Assembly (NCBI RefSeq): GCF_009914755.1
Contig: NC_060938.1
DNA: 64,000 bases
Origin: the human T2T-CHM13v2.0 reference genome, Homo sapiens
Direction: 5' to 3' (one strand)
The translations under genes were made by a program, and so were the position numbers. Below, piece by piece: positions 48,977-64,000 of this stretch. Below the pieces are notes generated by a model that did no database searches, was not told the origin of the DNA, and was given only the letters and a program-made list of their open reading frames with translations. Every line of letters starts with the position of its first letter. Positions within the stretch are counted from its first letter, which is position 1.

Positions 48977-51900
48977 AGTGTACATGCCCCTGTGATATTG
49001 TTCCTAATATCCAGGTTTGGAGAGGATATTATACTCAATATTGCAGGAGGTGTCGACCACCCTGAATATTACTTTTAATATCCGGGGAGAGAGGGTGATA
49101 TTACTCTCAATATCATCCTCTCCCCCCACACCCTGCATAGTACAAACAATATCAAAGAGGGTCTGTGCAACACGTGCAATATTGGGAGTAATATCCTCCC
49201 CCAACATGGATATTAGAAACAGTATCACAAGGGGTTGTACACCACCTGTGATATTGGGGAGTACTATCATTTTCTTTCCCCATGGATATTTAGAACAATA
49301 TCACAAAGGTGGTGTACAACCCCTGCTATATTGGGAGAAATACTGTACTTTCCGCACCTAGATATTAGGAACTATATCACTGGGGGTTATACACCACTGC
49401 AACATTGGGAGTAATATCATCCTTTCCCTCCCTGGATATTAGGAACAATACCTCATGGGTGTGTACACCCTGTTCCATATTGGGATTAATATTTTCTCCC
49501 TTGCTGGACATAAGGAACAATATAACGGGGGGTATACACTCCTTATGATATTGCCAGTAATATTATAGACTCTCCCCAGGGATATTAGAAACAGTATCAG
49601 AGAGGGGTGTACATCCCCTGCGATATTGGGAATAATATTCTTTATTTCCCTGGATATTAGGAATAATATCGCAAAGGGGTTGTATAACCCCCGTGACATT
49701 TTAATTAATATAATCTTCCCCACTGAATATTAGGAACAAATTCCCAGGGGATTGTACACCACCTGCAATATGGACAGCTATATCATTTTCTCTCCCCCGA
49801 ATATTAGGAACAATATCACACAGGGGTTGTACACCCCCTGTGATATTGGGAGTAACTTTATACCCTTTCCACATGGATATTAGGAACAATATCACAGGGT
49901 GGGTGTACACCCACTGCGATATTGGGAGTAATATCATCCTCTACCCCCTGGGTATTATGAACAATATCATGGGGAGGGGGTGTATGCCCTCTGTGATATT
50001 GGGAGTAATATCATCCTGTCCCCTCTGGATATTGGGAATGATATTACAGCGGGGCTATACCTTTTCTGCACTATTGGGAGTGGTATCACCCTCTCCCCCT
50101 ATGGATGTTAGGAACAATATCACAAAGGGGGTGTACACATCCTGCGATATTGGGAGTAATATTGTCCACTCTTCCCCTGGATATTAGGAACAATATCACA
50201 GGCGGAGTTTACACCCCCTGCTATTTTACCTGTAATATTATTCTCTTCCAACCTGGATATTAGGAATAATATAACAGGAGGGGTGACAACCACCTGTGAT
50301 ATTGGGAGTAATATCATTCTCTCCCCCCATGGATATTGAGAACAATATCACAGGAGCAGTTTACACCTCCTGTGACATTTAGAGTAATATCATCCTTTTC
50401 CTCCATGGATATTAGGAACAATATCACATGGGAAGTGTACACCCCCGCCATATTGGGAGTAATATTTTCTCCCTTGCTGGACATTAGGAACAATATCACG
50501 GGAATGCACACCCCCTGTGATGTTGCCAGTAATATCGTAGTCTCCTCCCAGGATATTAGGAACAATATCACAAGGGGGGTGTACGTGCCCTGTGATATTG
50601 GAAGTAATATCATCGACTCCCCCCACGAATATTAGTAACAATATCAGAAGGGGTGTACACCCCTTGCGATATTTATAGTACTATCATCCTATACCCCCTG
50701 GATATTAGGAACAATACCACGGGGAGGTGTATACCCACTGTGATATTGGGAGTAATTTCATCCTCTACCCCTTGGATGTTAGGAGCAGTATCACAAGGGG
50801 GGTGTGCACCCTCTGCGATATTAAAAATAATACCATTCTCTCCCTTCTGGATACTAGGAATAATATCACAGGGCTGGTGTGCACCTTTTGCATTATTTGG
50901 AGCAATATCACCCTCTCCCCAACTTGATATTAGAGACAATATCATGGGGGGTGGCGTGTAACACCCTGCACTGTTGGGAGTAATATCATCTAGTCTTCCC
51001 CTGGATATAAGAAACAGTATCACAGAAGGGGTCTACACCTCCAGAGATTTTGGGAGTAATATCATCCTCTCCAAATCTGGATATTAAGAACAGTATAATG
51101 GGGTGTGGGGAGTAATATGTTGGGAGTAATACAATCCTCCCCCCCACTTGATATTAGGAACAATATCGCAAAACGTGTGTACACCCACTGTGATATTTGG
51201 AGTAATATCAACATTTCCCCACCTGGTATCACGGGGAGAGTGTACACTCCTTACGATATTGGAAGTATGATTGTCTCTCACTCTCGATATTAGGAAAAAT
51301 AGCACAGGATGTGTGTACACTCCCTGTGATTTTGGGAAGAACATCATACCCTTCCGTCTTTGATATTAGGAAAAATATCACAGAGGGGGTGTACAACTTC
51401 TGCGATATTGTAGTATTCTTTCTTCCCATGGATATTAGGAATGATATCCCGGGGGGCATGTTGTACACCCCCTGTGATACGGACAGTAATATCATTGTCC
51501 TTCCCCCTACATATTAGGAACAATATCACAAGGGGAGTGTACACCCCCTGGATATTAGAAACTATCACAGGGGGGCTGTACAACCTCTTTGATACTGTGA
51601 GTAACACCATTGTCTGCCCTCCTGGATATTAAGAACAATATTATAGGGTGGGTGTACACCCCCTGCAATATTGGGAATAATATCATCCTCTCTTCCCTGG
51701 GATATTAGGAACGGTATCACACGTGGGGTTTACACCCCCTGCAATTGTGTCAGTAATATTACTTCTGGATGTTATTGAATATATCACAGTGGGGGTGTAC
51801 ACCCCCTGTGATATGGGGAGTAATAGCATCCTCTTTCCCACTGGATACTACAAACAATATCGCAGGTTGTGTACAACCTCCTGTGATATTGTTCACAATA

Positions 51901-52825
51901 TTTAGGTGAGGAGAGGATGATATTACTCCATATATTGCAGAGAGTGTTACATCCCCTGTAACATTGTTCATAATATTTAGAAGAGGACAGAATGATATTA
52001 CTCCCAATATAGTAAGAAGCATACACTCCCCTGTGATACTGTTCATAATTTTTAGGGGATTAGAGGATGATATTACTTCCAATATCACAGGGAGTGTACA
52101 CTGGTGATATTGTTTATAATTTTCAGTGGATTAGAAGATATTATTCCAAATATCACAGGGGTTGTACATCCCCATGTGATATTGTTAATATCCAGTGGGA
52201 AAGAGGATGATATTACTCCCCATATCACGGGGGATGTAAACCCGTTTGTGGATTGTCTCTTACATCCGGGGTGGAGAGGATGATATTACTCCGCATATCA
52301 TAGAGGGTGCACACGGCTGTAATGTTGTACATAACATCCAGAGGGGAAGATAATATTATTCCCATGTTTCAGAAGGTGTACACACCCCTGTGATAGTCTC
52401 TGTAACGTTTAGGGAAGAAGGGGATGATACTACTCCAGATATCGCAGGGGGTGTACACCCCCATGTGATACTGTTCGTAAGGTTTAGGGGGAAGAGGATG
52501 ATATTACTCCCCATATCGAAGGGATTGTACATCTCCTTATATATTGTCCATAACATCCAGGGCAGGAGAGGATATTACTACTCCCCATATTGCAGGGGGT
52601 GGACACCCCCCCTGTAAATATGTCTAACATCCAGGCAGGGACAGGAGGATATTATTCCCCATAACGCAGAGAAAGTAAACCTCCTGTGATATTGTCCATA
52701 ACATCCAGTGGGGAGAGGATGATATCACTCCCCATATTACAGGGGGTGCACACTCCACTCTGATATTGGCCGTAATGTCCGGGGGGGGGTGGTGAAGTAC
52801 GAAGTCACTACACATATCGCAGGGA

Positions 52826-53027
52826 TTATTAGTATCAGATTGTTTGAAGGGCTCACAGTAAGGATAGTAGTAGGGCGAGTTCTAACTCAAATAGGGGAAA
52901 TGTGATGGCTACTAGAAAGAATTTTATGGAGAAGGGAATGTGGGCAGAGGATAGAGGGTCAAATCTGCATTCATAAGGGCTAGATTTTTCTATATATATT
53001 TATTTTATACATATATATATATATATT

Positions 53028-53058
<31 letters not shown>

Positions 53059-53140
53059 TAAGTTGTGGGAGCCAAAATGTAATAACTATTAGTAACAGGG
53101 CTATTAGGGTGTTGATTACTAGGGTTAATGTTAGGTGAAT
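52826..53140 (-). pseudogene. MTND3P: NUMT: MT-ND3 5' portion interrupted by a (TA)/(TC) microsatellite
   Basis: Reverse complement matches ND3 (gaaaaatctagcccttatgaatgc, ttctccataaaattctttctagtagcc). Confidence 0.9.
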
Positions 53141-53201
53141 TACTGTTTTTAGGATGCTATCGAAACTTTGGAAATCATGGTACTATTTATACTAAAAGAG
53201 T
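53141..53201 (-). pseudogene. NUMT: mitochondrial tRNA-Gly remnant
   Basis: Reverse complement starts ACTCTTTTAGTATAAATAGTACC; lies between COX3 and ND3 as in mtDNA. Confidence 0.85.
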
Positions 53202-53797
53202 AAGATCCTCATCAATAAATAGAAACATACAAGAATAGTCATACTACATCTACAAAGTGTCGATATCAGGCAGCAGCTTCAAAGGCAAAGTGATGACTAG
53301 ATGTAAAGTGGTATTTTAGTTGGCGGAGAAGGCAGACTGAGGAATGTTGATCCAATAATGACGTGAATTCTGTGAAAGCCTGTAGCTATAAAAAATGTTG
53401 AGCCATAAATACCATCAGAAATAGCAAAGGGAGCTTTGAAGTATTCTGAGACTTGTAGGAGGGTGAAGTAAATACCTAATATAATTGTAATAAGTAGTGC
53501 TTGGATTGTATGTTTTTGATTATTTTTTTGTTAGGCTGTGATGGGCTCAAGTAATTGAAACTCCTGATGCAAGTAATACAGATGGATTCAGGAGAGGTAA
53601 TTCCAGGGTGTCAAGGGGAGAAATACCTGTCAGGGGTCAATGTCCTCCTAATTCTGGAGTAGGGGCTAGGCTAGAATGGTAGAATGCTTAAAAGAATCCA
53701 GCGAAGAGAAATATTTCTGAGATAATAAATAGGACTATCCCATATTGGAGGCCTTTTTGAACAGTCGTTGTATGGTGGCCCTGAAATGTACTTTCTC
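53202..53797 (-). pseudogene. MTCO3P: NUMT: MT-CO3 3' portion
   Basis: Reverse complement ends ...tattgatgaggatctt and contains catcactttgcctttgaagctgctgcctgatat. Confidence 0.9.
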
Positions 53798-53816
53798 TGA
53801 TACAGACCACCCTTGG

Positions 53817-54088
53817 TCAATTGAATACAGATCAATCACTTTAAGTAAGCTAAGTCCTTACTAAATTGATGAGACTTAAACCCACGAAAACTTAACAACT
53901 AAACTCCCTAGTCAACTGGTTTGAATCTACTTCTCCAGCTGCTGGGGGAAAAAAGGTGAGAGAAGCAGGATTGAAGCTGCTTCTTTGAATTTACAATTCA
54001 ACGTGAAAATCACCTCGGGACTGGTAAAAACAGGCCTTGACCTCTGTTTTTAGATGTACAGTCTAATGCCCTACTCAGTCATTTTACC
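53817..54088 (+). pseudogene. NUMT: WANCY region (partial tRNA-Ala, tRNA-Asn, light-strand origin, tRNA-Cys, tRNA-Tyr) in reference orientation
   Basis: cactttaagtaagctaagtccttacta, ctacttctcc...aaaaaaggtgagagaag (OL), ttgaagctgcttctttgaattt, actcagtcattttacc. Confidence 0.9.
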
Positions 54089-54107
54089 CTTTTTTCTCAC
54101 TTCATTT

Positions 54108-55163
<1,056 letters not shown>

Positions 55164-55224
55164 GGCTTATATTATGGTTCATTCATATATTTAGAAACCT
55201 GAAAGTTTCTATATAAATTGTAAA

Positions 55225-56107
<883 letters not shown>

Positions 56108-57811
56108 AGAGAGAATGATTTTACTCCTCATATCGCAGGGGATTTACATTCCCCTGCGTTATTTTTCGTAATATCCAGGGGGAAGATGAAGATATTACTC
56201 CCCATATAGCACGGGAGAACAATTCCCTGCGATATTGTTCATAATATCTCTGGGGGGAGAGAATGATATTTCTCCTTTTATTGCAGGAAGTGTACACCCC
56301 CCTTGCGATATTGTTTATAATATCTAGTGGGGGAGAGGACGATGTTACTCCCCATATTGCAGGGGGTGTACAACCCCCTAGAATATTGTTCATAATATCC
56401 ACGCGGGGAGGAGATGATGTTACTACCCATATCGCCAGGGTGTACTGCCCCCTGCCATATTGTTTGTAATATCCAGGCTGGAAAAGGATGATATTACTCC
56501 CTGTATCACAGGGGATGTACACCTCCCTGCGATGTAATATCCAGGGTGGGAGAGGAGTATATTACTCCCTATAAGGCAGAGTGTGTATACACCCCTCTGT
56601 GATATTGTTCATAATATCCACTGGGGGATATGATGTTACTCCCAATATCGTAAACACCTCATGTGTACACCATCTGTGATATTGTTTGTAATATCCAGTA
56701 GGGGAGAGGATGATACTACTTTCCACATCCCAGGGGGTTTACACCCCTCTGTGATACAGTTTGTAATATCCAGAAGGGGAGAGGGTTATATTACTCCTCA
56801 TATTGCAGGACATGTACACACCCCTGTGATATTGTTTGTAATATTGTTCCCAATATCCTTTTCCCCCATGGATATAGGAACAGTATCACATAGGACGTGT
56901 ACACCCCCTGCCATATTGGGAGTAGTCGTGTTTTCTCCCTTGCTGGACATTAGGAACAATACCATGGGGGGGGGTGCACACCCCCTGCGATATTGACAGT
57001 GATATCATCCACTATCCCCTAAATAAAGGAACAATATCACAAGGGGGATGTACACACTTGGCGATATTGAAAGTGATATGATCCTCTCCCCACCTGGATA
57101 TTAGGAACAATATCACAGAAGGGGTGTACACCCCCTGTGATATTGACAGTAATATCTTCTCCCCCCCCGGATATTAGGAGCAATATCACAGAAGCATTGT
57201 ACACTCCCTGCGATATTGACAGTAATATCCTCTCCCCCCGGATATTAGGAACAATATCACAGAAGAGGTGTACACCCACTGTGATATTGACAGTAATTTC
57301 CTCTCCCCCCCCCGGATATTAGGAACAATACCACGGGGGCGTGTACACCCCCTGCGATATTGACAGTAATATCATCCTCTCCCCCCCAGATATTAGTAAC
57401 AATATCACCGAAGGTGTCTACACCCCCTGTGATATTGACAGTAATATCCTCTCCCCCCTCCAGATATTAAGAACAATACCACGGGAGGATGTACACCCTC
57501 TGTGACATTGACTGTAATATCAACCTGTCGCCCCCCTGGATATGAGGAAGAATATCATGGGGGGTGCACACCCTCTGTGATATTGGGAGTAATATCACCC
57601 ACTATCCCCTAAATATTAGGAACAATATCACAAGGCAGGGAGAGCACCGTCTGCGATATTGGGAGTAATGTCATTCTTTCCCTGCCCCTGCATACTAGGA
57701 ATAATATCACAGGGGATGTACACCCCCATGCGCTATTGGGAGTAACATCACCCTTTCTTCCCATGGATATTAGGAACAATATCACAGAAGTGGTGTACAC
57801 ATGCTGCACTG

Positions 57812-58215
57812 TATAGAACAAAGCAGGCAGAGGAAGGTGGGATAACCTTGCTAGCTGAAGCTTCTGGCTCTCTTTTTTTCTTCTTCCCATGCAGGACACC
57901 TGATTCCCTTCTTCCTGCCCTTGGACATGAGACTCCAGGTTCTTATGCCTTTGGACTCTGGGACTTGCACCAGCGGCTTCCCCGAGGCTCTCAGGCCCTC
58001 GGCCTCAGACTGAAGACTGCACTGCGGGCTTTCCTGGTTTTGAGGCTTTTGGACTTGGACTGAGCCACTACTAGCTTCTCTCTTTCCCTACCTGGCAGAC
58101 AGCCTATTGTGGGACTGCCTTCTAACCATGTGAACCAATTCTCTCTGGTAAACTCCCTTATACATATACGTGTATCTTCTTGGATCTGTCCCTCTGGAGA
58201 ACCCTAACTAATACA
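57812..58215 (+). mobile_element. MLT2A-type (HERV-L) LTR, 5'-truncated
   Basis: aaagcaggcagaggaaggtggga...ctgcccttggacat.agactccagg...ctgtccctctggagaaccctaactaataca. Confidence 0.85.
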
Positions 58216-61171
58216 TTTTGTTTATTTTTTCTCCACTGCCCTTTCCTCTGATTCTAGGCTTACCTAGACCACCACCATTCTTTCCCCCTTTCTAAAGTAA
58301 AAGTTGTTTTTTTCTCGCTAAATGCATGGTATTCTGCCTGTTTTCCATGGCTTCCCTCAGCCTTGCTCTGTTTATTCTTGCTCTCTTAAGAGGAAATCCC
58401 TGCCTCTTCCGTGGCTTTTCCCACTTGGTCTACTTACTGGTTTCTGTTGTTCTCAGAGAAACACTGAGACCTTTCACATCTCACTGTCACTTCTTGGAAG
58501 GGCTCTCTACCTCGTCTGCCTGCTGAGCAACCTCTTGGGGAGACGCGGGCACTCCTGAGTCACTGAACTTGAGCTATTTGGTGTTGGTATGTTAATTTAT
58601 CTTCTTAGACCACTTACCACTTCCTTAACTTCAAAAGAGAAGAATAAGTATTATTTTCCATGGTCGATATGAAGAGTAGAAATAACTTATACAAAATGCA
58701 TTGCAGTTAAGTGATAATAAATGGCCGTGAATGCCCTTAATAATGTTATTCTATCAGTCTCAGCTCAGATACCATCTGCTTTGTGAGCTCTGCTCTGAAT
58801 CATATCTGCTTCTTCTCTGGGTTTCTTGTGCTCTGTTCTTAACTACTTTAAAGCAGTAATTGTTCTGATTCTAATTAGTGATCCTTCCCAATAAAATTTT
58901 AATTTCGTAGATCTCTTCCCCCCACCCCTGCCCCAGCCTAACCAGTGTTTTCTTACTTTTTTGTGTACAGGCTACATCACTGGTCTTCTTTTATTTGTGG
59001 CTAAATAAATGTTGTGTTAGAAGAGTAAAGAGTTCCCAGTTACATGGGATCTATAGTTCTACAAAATGAATGTATACATAATCCATGTAAATATTTCACT
59101 TATTTTAAGACAATTTTTTAATTTTTAAATTAAATTTAATTTGTTCATGTGTGTGAGACCAGAGTGAGAACAGAGATGGCGGCGGTGAGGGGCGGTGGTC
59201 TCACCATGTTGCCCAGGCTGGTCTTGAACTCCCCTTCAAGTGCCCCCCTCCTCACCTGGCCCCCTCACCTTGCCTCCTCCCCTCTCACTCCTATGCCAGC
59301 CCCTGCCATTCCCCACCCCCTCTGTAGACTGCAAGACTCAACAAGTGACTTGCTGAGCAAACCCTGCTGAGAAGAGGTCTGTTTAGGGACACAGGAGGCC
59401 AAGTACACAAAAAAGCAAAAGAACTAGCATGCCTTTTTCAATGGATGTCTATTTTACAGGTCTGGCTTCAGATTATTGTTATAGCTTTAAATAAAAGGAC
59501 CGTTTTGTCATCTTGGCCCATGACCTACATTATTTCTTTACTGTCCATTGCCCTGGATACTTGACTAATAATTTAACAGCAGTTTTTTTTTCAAATTTTA
59601 AATCATGATTCATTGCATTGCTGTAAGAGTAATTAGAGGTAAAGTAGGGCTTGAAACTGCCTGTAGTTGGTTACTTACTGAGATCTTAGCATAATTGTCA
59701 GGTGAGAGGTTGAAGTTTTAATTAGCGCTAAGTGGGATAGAAATTCAATGCACTGAAACTGCATTGTCCAATTCAGTAGGCGCTAGCCACCTGTAACTGT
59801 TGAGCACTTGGAATCCTGTCTAGTCCTATTTGAGATGTGTTGTGTTAAATACACTGGATTTTGTCATTGGAGTGGGAAGAACAGTGTAGAATAGCTGCTT
59901 GATTTTTTTTTATATTTATTACATGTTAAAATTATTACTATGTTTACTATTTGGGACATACTGAGTTAAGTATATTTAAAATTAATTTCACCTTTTCTTT
60001 TCTTTTAATGGGGCTTACCAGTACATTTAAAATTACGTACGTGTCTCACATATTTATTGGACAGCATGGCTCTAGAAATTTAGGAAGAAATAAGAAAAAT
60101 ATTGAGAATAGGTAGCGACAGTAGGAAGTTTGTCCTCCTGTAAGACTGATTCCAATAAAACTAATAGGTGATAGTTTTAATTGGCTTTTTCCTACTAGAA
60201 AAAGTAAGTGTACTTTACATGCCTCTTTGTTCTCCTTCTTTCCCCTTCAATTTAGTGGTTAGCATGTATTTACTACATCAGGCTTAATATTCACTAAGCA
60301 GTGTTAAGAAGACTTAGGTAAATGATTCCCTGATGAACACACTTGATTTTCAAAGCACTTTCCTAACCCATTTTTAATAGGAATAGAGTCAAAGGTAGAT
60401 GGCTTATTAGTAGTCATCTCATTTAAGTCTCATGGAATTTTCCCGCTAAATCTCAAAGTAAACAATTTGTTATAGGCTGTTTTGTCAAGTGTTTGGAAGG
60501 GACAGCATAAGACATGTGGTACTTCATTTCCAAATTGCTTGAGATGGTTTTCATTATAATCATACATTATTTGCTTCTGGTTTTCCGGAAAAGCCAGCTA
60601 AACCTGTGATTCATTTAGATATAAATGAAATATCCTCAAAGGATTTCTCAAAGTGACTTATGAAACTTGAATATATATTTGTTCTGTAGGGTGTTTATTC
60701 CAAATTACCTGGCCATTTGCTGCAATTTGCAGTTTTTTAGAAAACACCAAGTATTTCTCAATTTAGAGATGTTTTAATAAAAACAGTCACATTGAACTGG
60801 CAGCAGCCAAATAAAATAGCCCTTTATTTCACAGTTCAGAGTTTGAAATTGGAAGGTAATTAACATACGTAAGGATGATGTATTTGCTGCCTGGCTTATA
60901 GGAATGAGCCAAGTTGTTTTTTGAGGGATGTTGTTGCTGTGTATGTCCCACCTATTTTGCTTCCTTAATGAACAATGCAAGTTTGAGACAGAAATATTTG
61001 AGGACATTTTTATCAGTTGCAACATTTTGATAGTGAACATTTTATATCTTCTGTCAACTTAAAATGTTTGCATCTTCTGTCAGCTTAAAATGTTTAATTT
61101 GTTATAGCCAAATAATTTGGCTATAATTGATAATTTAATTTATCAAATTAAATTGCTTTTTTTCCCTTTAG

Positions 61172-62078
61172 ACTTTCTTCAGTCACATCTGAATAAATCA
61201 CTTAGAAGTAAGCTAGATGTAATATAATGAAATGCTTAAAAGGGCTGTGTATCTTCATATTACACTTACAGTGATTTTCTGTTGTACGCATTATATTCTA
61301 CCTGCAGCTAGTTGAGGTAAAGAGAGGGCATTTAACTGTCAAGGGTACCTGAGAGGAGACTGTAGAAATCTGGAAAGTCTCTCGGGTCTTTGAGGGATTT
61401 TGGGATGCAGAGAGTGGGGCTGGGATCTCTGGCTAGGTTGGAGCCAGCCTGCATTTGTATCTTTATCTTGGAAGCAAACATAGAATGCAGAGATAGATGT
61501 GGCCTGGATGCTGCTAACTCTAGCCAACCACTAACTCTTAAGGTGGGAGAGATGCAGGCTTTGGCTGGGTGCTAAGCTGCTGTAGCTGGTTGAATGTAGA
61601 AGTCACTATCTTTTCTGAATACTTGTAAGTAAATTAAATCATTCTCTACTCCTGTATGCCTGCCAACCAAATGGGAAATCGCTATAGAAAAGATGGTTTA
61701 AATTTTAGTCTTTGAAGTGGTTTATGCACGTTTCTGGAATCAAGATTTAATGCCGACTTGGATTGGATATTGAATATTTTTGATTTGTCTACTTTTCTCT
61801 CCATAGGGAGCTTATAGCTTCATTGCACTGTGTGTGGCATTTGGGTCCTGTTTGGCAGCAATGACTGCCTTTCTGTTTAGTGTCTGTGTGCTATGAAGAC
61901 TGCACACAGGGGTCCAAATGCATCCTGTTTTGAGAACGTCAATGGATACACCAGTTGCTGCTTTGGATTTCACTGGTTGGTGGTAGTTGACCCACTGTTT
62001 GGAATGCAGCCAATTTAAGTGAAGACATATCCATATATGTGGCTCTGTTACAGTGGTGAAATCTGCAACCATAAGAAG
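61172..62078 (+). pseudogene. ASNSP: Unprocessed asparagine synthetase pseudogene: 36-bp 5'UTR exon (61172-61207) and first coding exon (61807-62078)
   Basis: Both exons keep AG/GT sites. 61830-62078 reads (V)[80 protein letters not shown] vs ASNS [40 protein letters not shown]...; ATG mutated to GTG, two stops. Confidence 0.93.
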
Positions 62079-62431
62079 GTAGGGAAAAAGAAGCCAGATG
62101 TCTGGATGTGATTAAACTTCAGAGCTTGTTGATTACGATGATATTATATATTCTGTATCATGCTTTTTACTTTGCAAAGCATTCTATGTTATCTCATTTG
62201 CTCTAAGTATGTAGATAGGGAACTGATGAATAAAATGGTGAGTGAAATCACTTGGTCACAAAAAAAGTGATAAAAATGGGGATTACACAGTTTCTTTGAT
62301 GCTTAGAATTTTTTCTCCTTCTCCCCAGCTTTTTGTTTTGAAAAAAATTCTAACATACAGAAAAGAACAGAATAGTGAGCACCTAGATTGAATAATCATT
62401 AATGTTTTCCTACATTTGCTTGATTTTTCTT

Positions 62432-62433
<2 letters not shown>

Positions 62434-62470
<37 letters not shown>
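62434..62470. repeat. (CA)n microsatellite
   Basis: Directly visible. Confidence 0.97.
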
Positions 62471-62476
<6 letters not shown>

Positions 62477-62612
62477 GTTGCCAAATCATTTGAGAGTATG
62501 GTGCAGATTTTGTGACACTCCTAAATATATAAGCTTTTATCTCCTAAGAATAAGGACATTTTTCTACATAACATCAATACCATTATTAAACCTAAGAATC
62601 CATAATATCACC

Positions 62613-62929
<317 letters not shown>

Positions 62930-62969
62930 CTAATATCCAGTTTATACTTAAATTTCCCTAAGTGTCTGA

Positions 62970-63228
<259 letters not shown>

Positions 63229-64000
63229 CCAAGAATATCTTTATAGCTGGTATTTGTTTGTTTAGAGACAGATTTCATTCAAGATTCATGCATTTGGTTG
63301 TGATGTTTCTTGGTATTTTTTCTGAGACTTCTTGATAGATACCGGTCATGCACTGATAGAGAGTTATATCCTAACCATGTTTTGGACATTTTTATCTCTG
63401 AATAATAGCTTTTGTCATTGTTTGTTGCCTGCTCACGGGAACACTCTTAATAATAGTCTTCTTCTTCAAAAAGTTTTAAAAGAGTTATTCAAGAAATTCC
63501 TTTCACACATTTCTTTATTCCTTTATTAAGGGCCTAATATGCACCAGACATCATTTTTCTAGGTGATTGTAGATGAAATGGTGAAAAGGAAAGGCAAGAA
63601 TGGAATTTCCTGCTAGTGGGAAGTAGAAGAGAGTATTAAAACTTTTTTCTTTCCAAGTCAAATCAGTGTCATATACATGAGAAAGCTAGGTGGTATGATG
63701 GCATTATCAGCTTGGCTTTCTCCTTAAATGAAATAGAAAGTGCCCTGTTTTACTCAGACAGTGTTTTTTTTTCTAAAAAGCTAAAAGAAGTTAAATATTT
63801 TGAAAATAATTAATTTCTGTTCTAAATTATTCAAATGTTATATTTGTAAAACTAGAGAAGTTTGTTCCATTGCTTCTACCAAGCATCTCAGCTTATGTAG
63901 TTGGGGCAGCTAGAAATCTAATGAACAGAATGTATATTTTAGGCTTATATAAAGTATTCTGCAGCATAAGCTCAAAAATACCCCCTACCCCCTTTTTGAT

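Noticed and set aside
61807-61896. Apparent tail-anchor peptide [29 protein letters not shown]
   Set aside because: It is an alternative frame of the ASNS first coding exon

Overview
Primate (most likely human) nuclear DNA with the architecture of a pericentromeric segmental-duplication mosaic. No intact protein-coding gene is present. From left to right: old interspersed repeats and Alus (1-6.3 kb); an unprocessed CDRT15/C2orf27-family pseudogene on the minus strand (6.45-7.43 kb); a ~9 kb GC-rich 18/19-bp-unit satellite with internal inversions and an MST LTR insertion (8.25-17.3 kb); a ~32-monomer gamma-satellite-type array (17.3-23.9 kb) fused directly to a TAR1 subtelomeric repeat and a degenerate (TTAGGG)n tract, i.e. 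an internalised chromosome end (23.9-25.0 kb); L1 DNA; a CpG-rich triplicated ~300-bp unit; two tandem copies of the first coding exon of GTF2I/GTF2IRD2 (31.5 and 33.5 kb); Alu/L1/LTR-dense DNA; a highly palindromic ~73-bp SATR-type satellite (49.0-57.8 kb) carrying a rearranged three-piece NUMT (ND3-tRNA-Gly-COX3 inverted; WANCY-COX1; 12S rRNA); an MLT2A LTR remnant; and two exons of an unprocessed ASNS pseudogene (61.2-62.1 kb). The most interesting signals are structural: SATR breakpoints, including the NUMT insertion, fall on palindrome axes; two short locally templated insertions are present; and a centromere-type satellite is joined to a telomere cassette. Repeat family names come from recalled consensus sequences, not a database search, and many boundaries are approximate.
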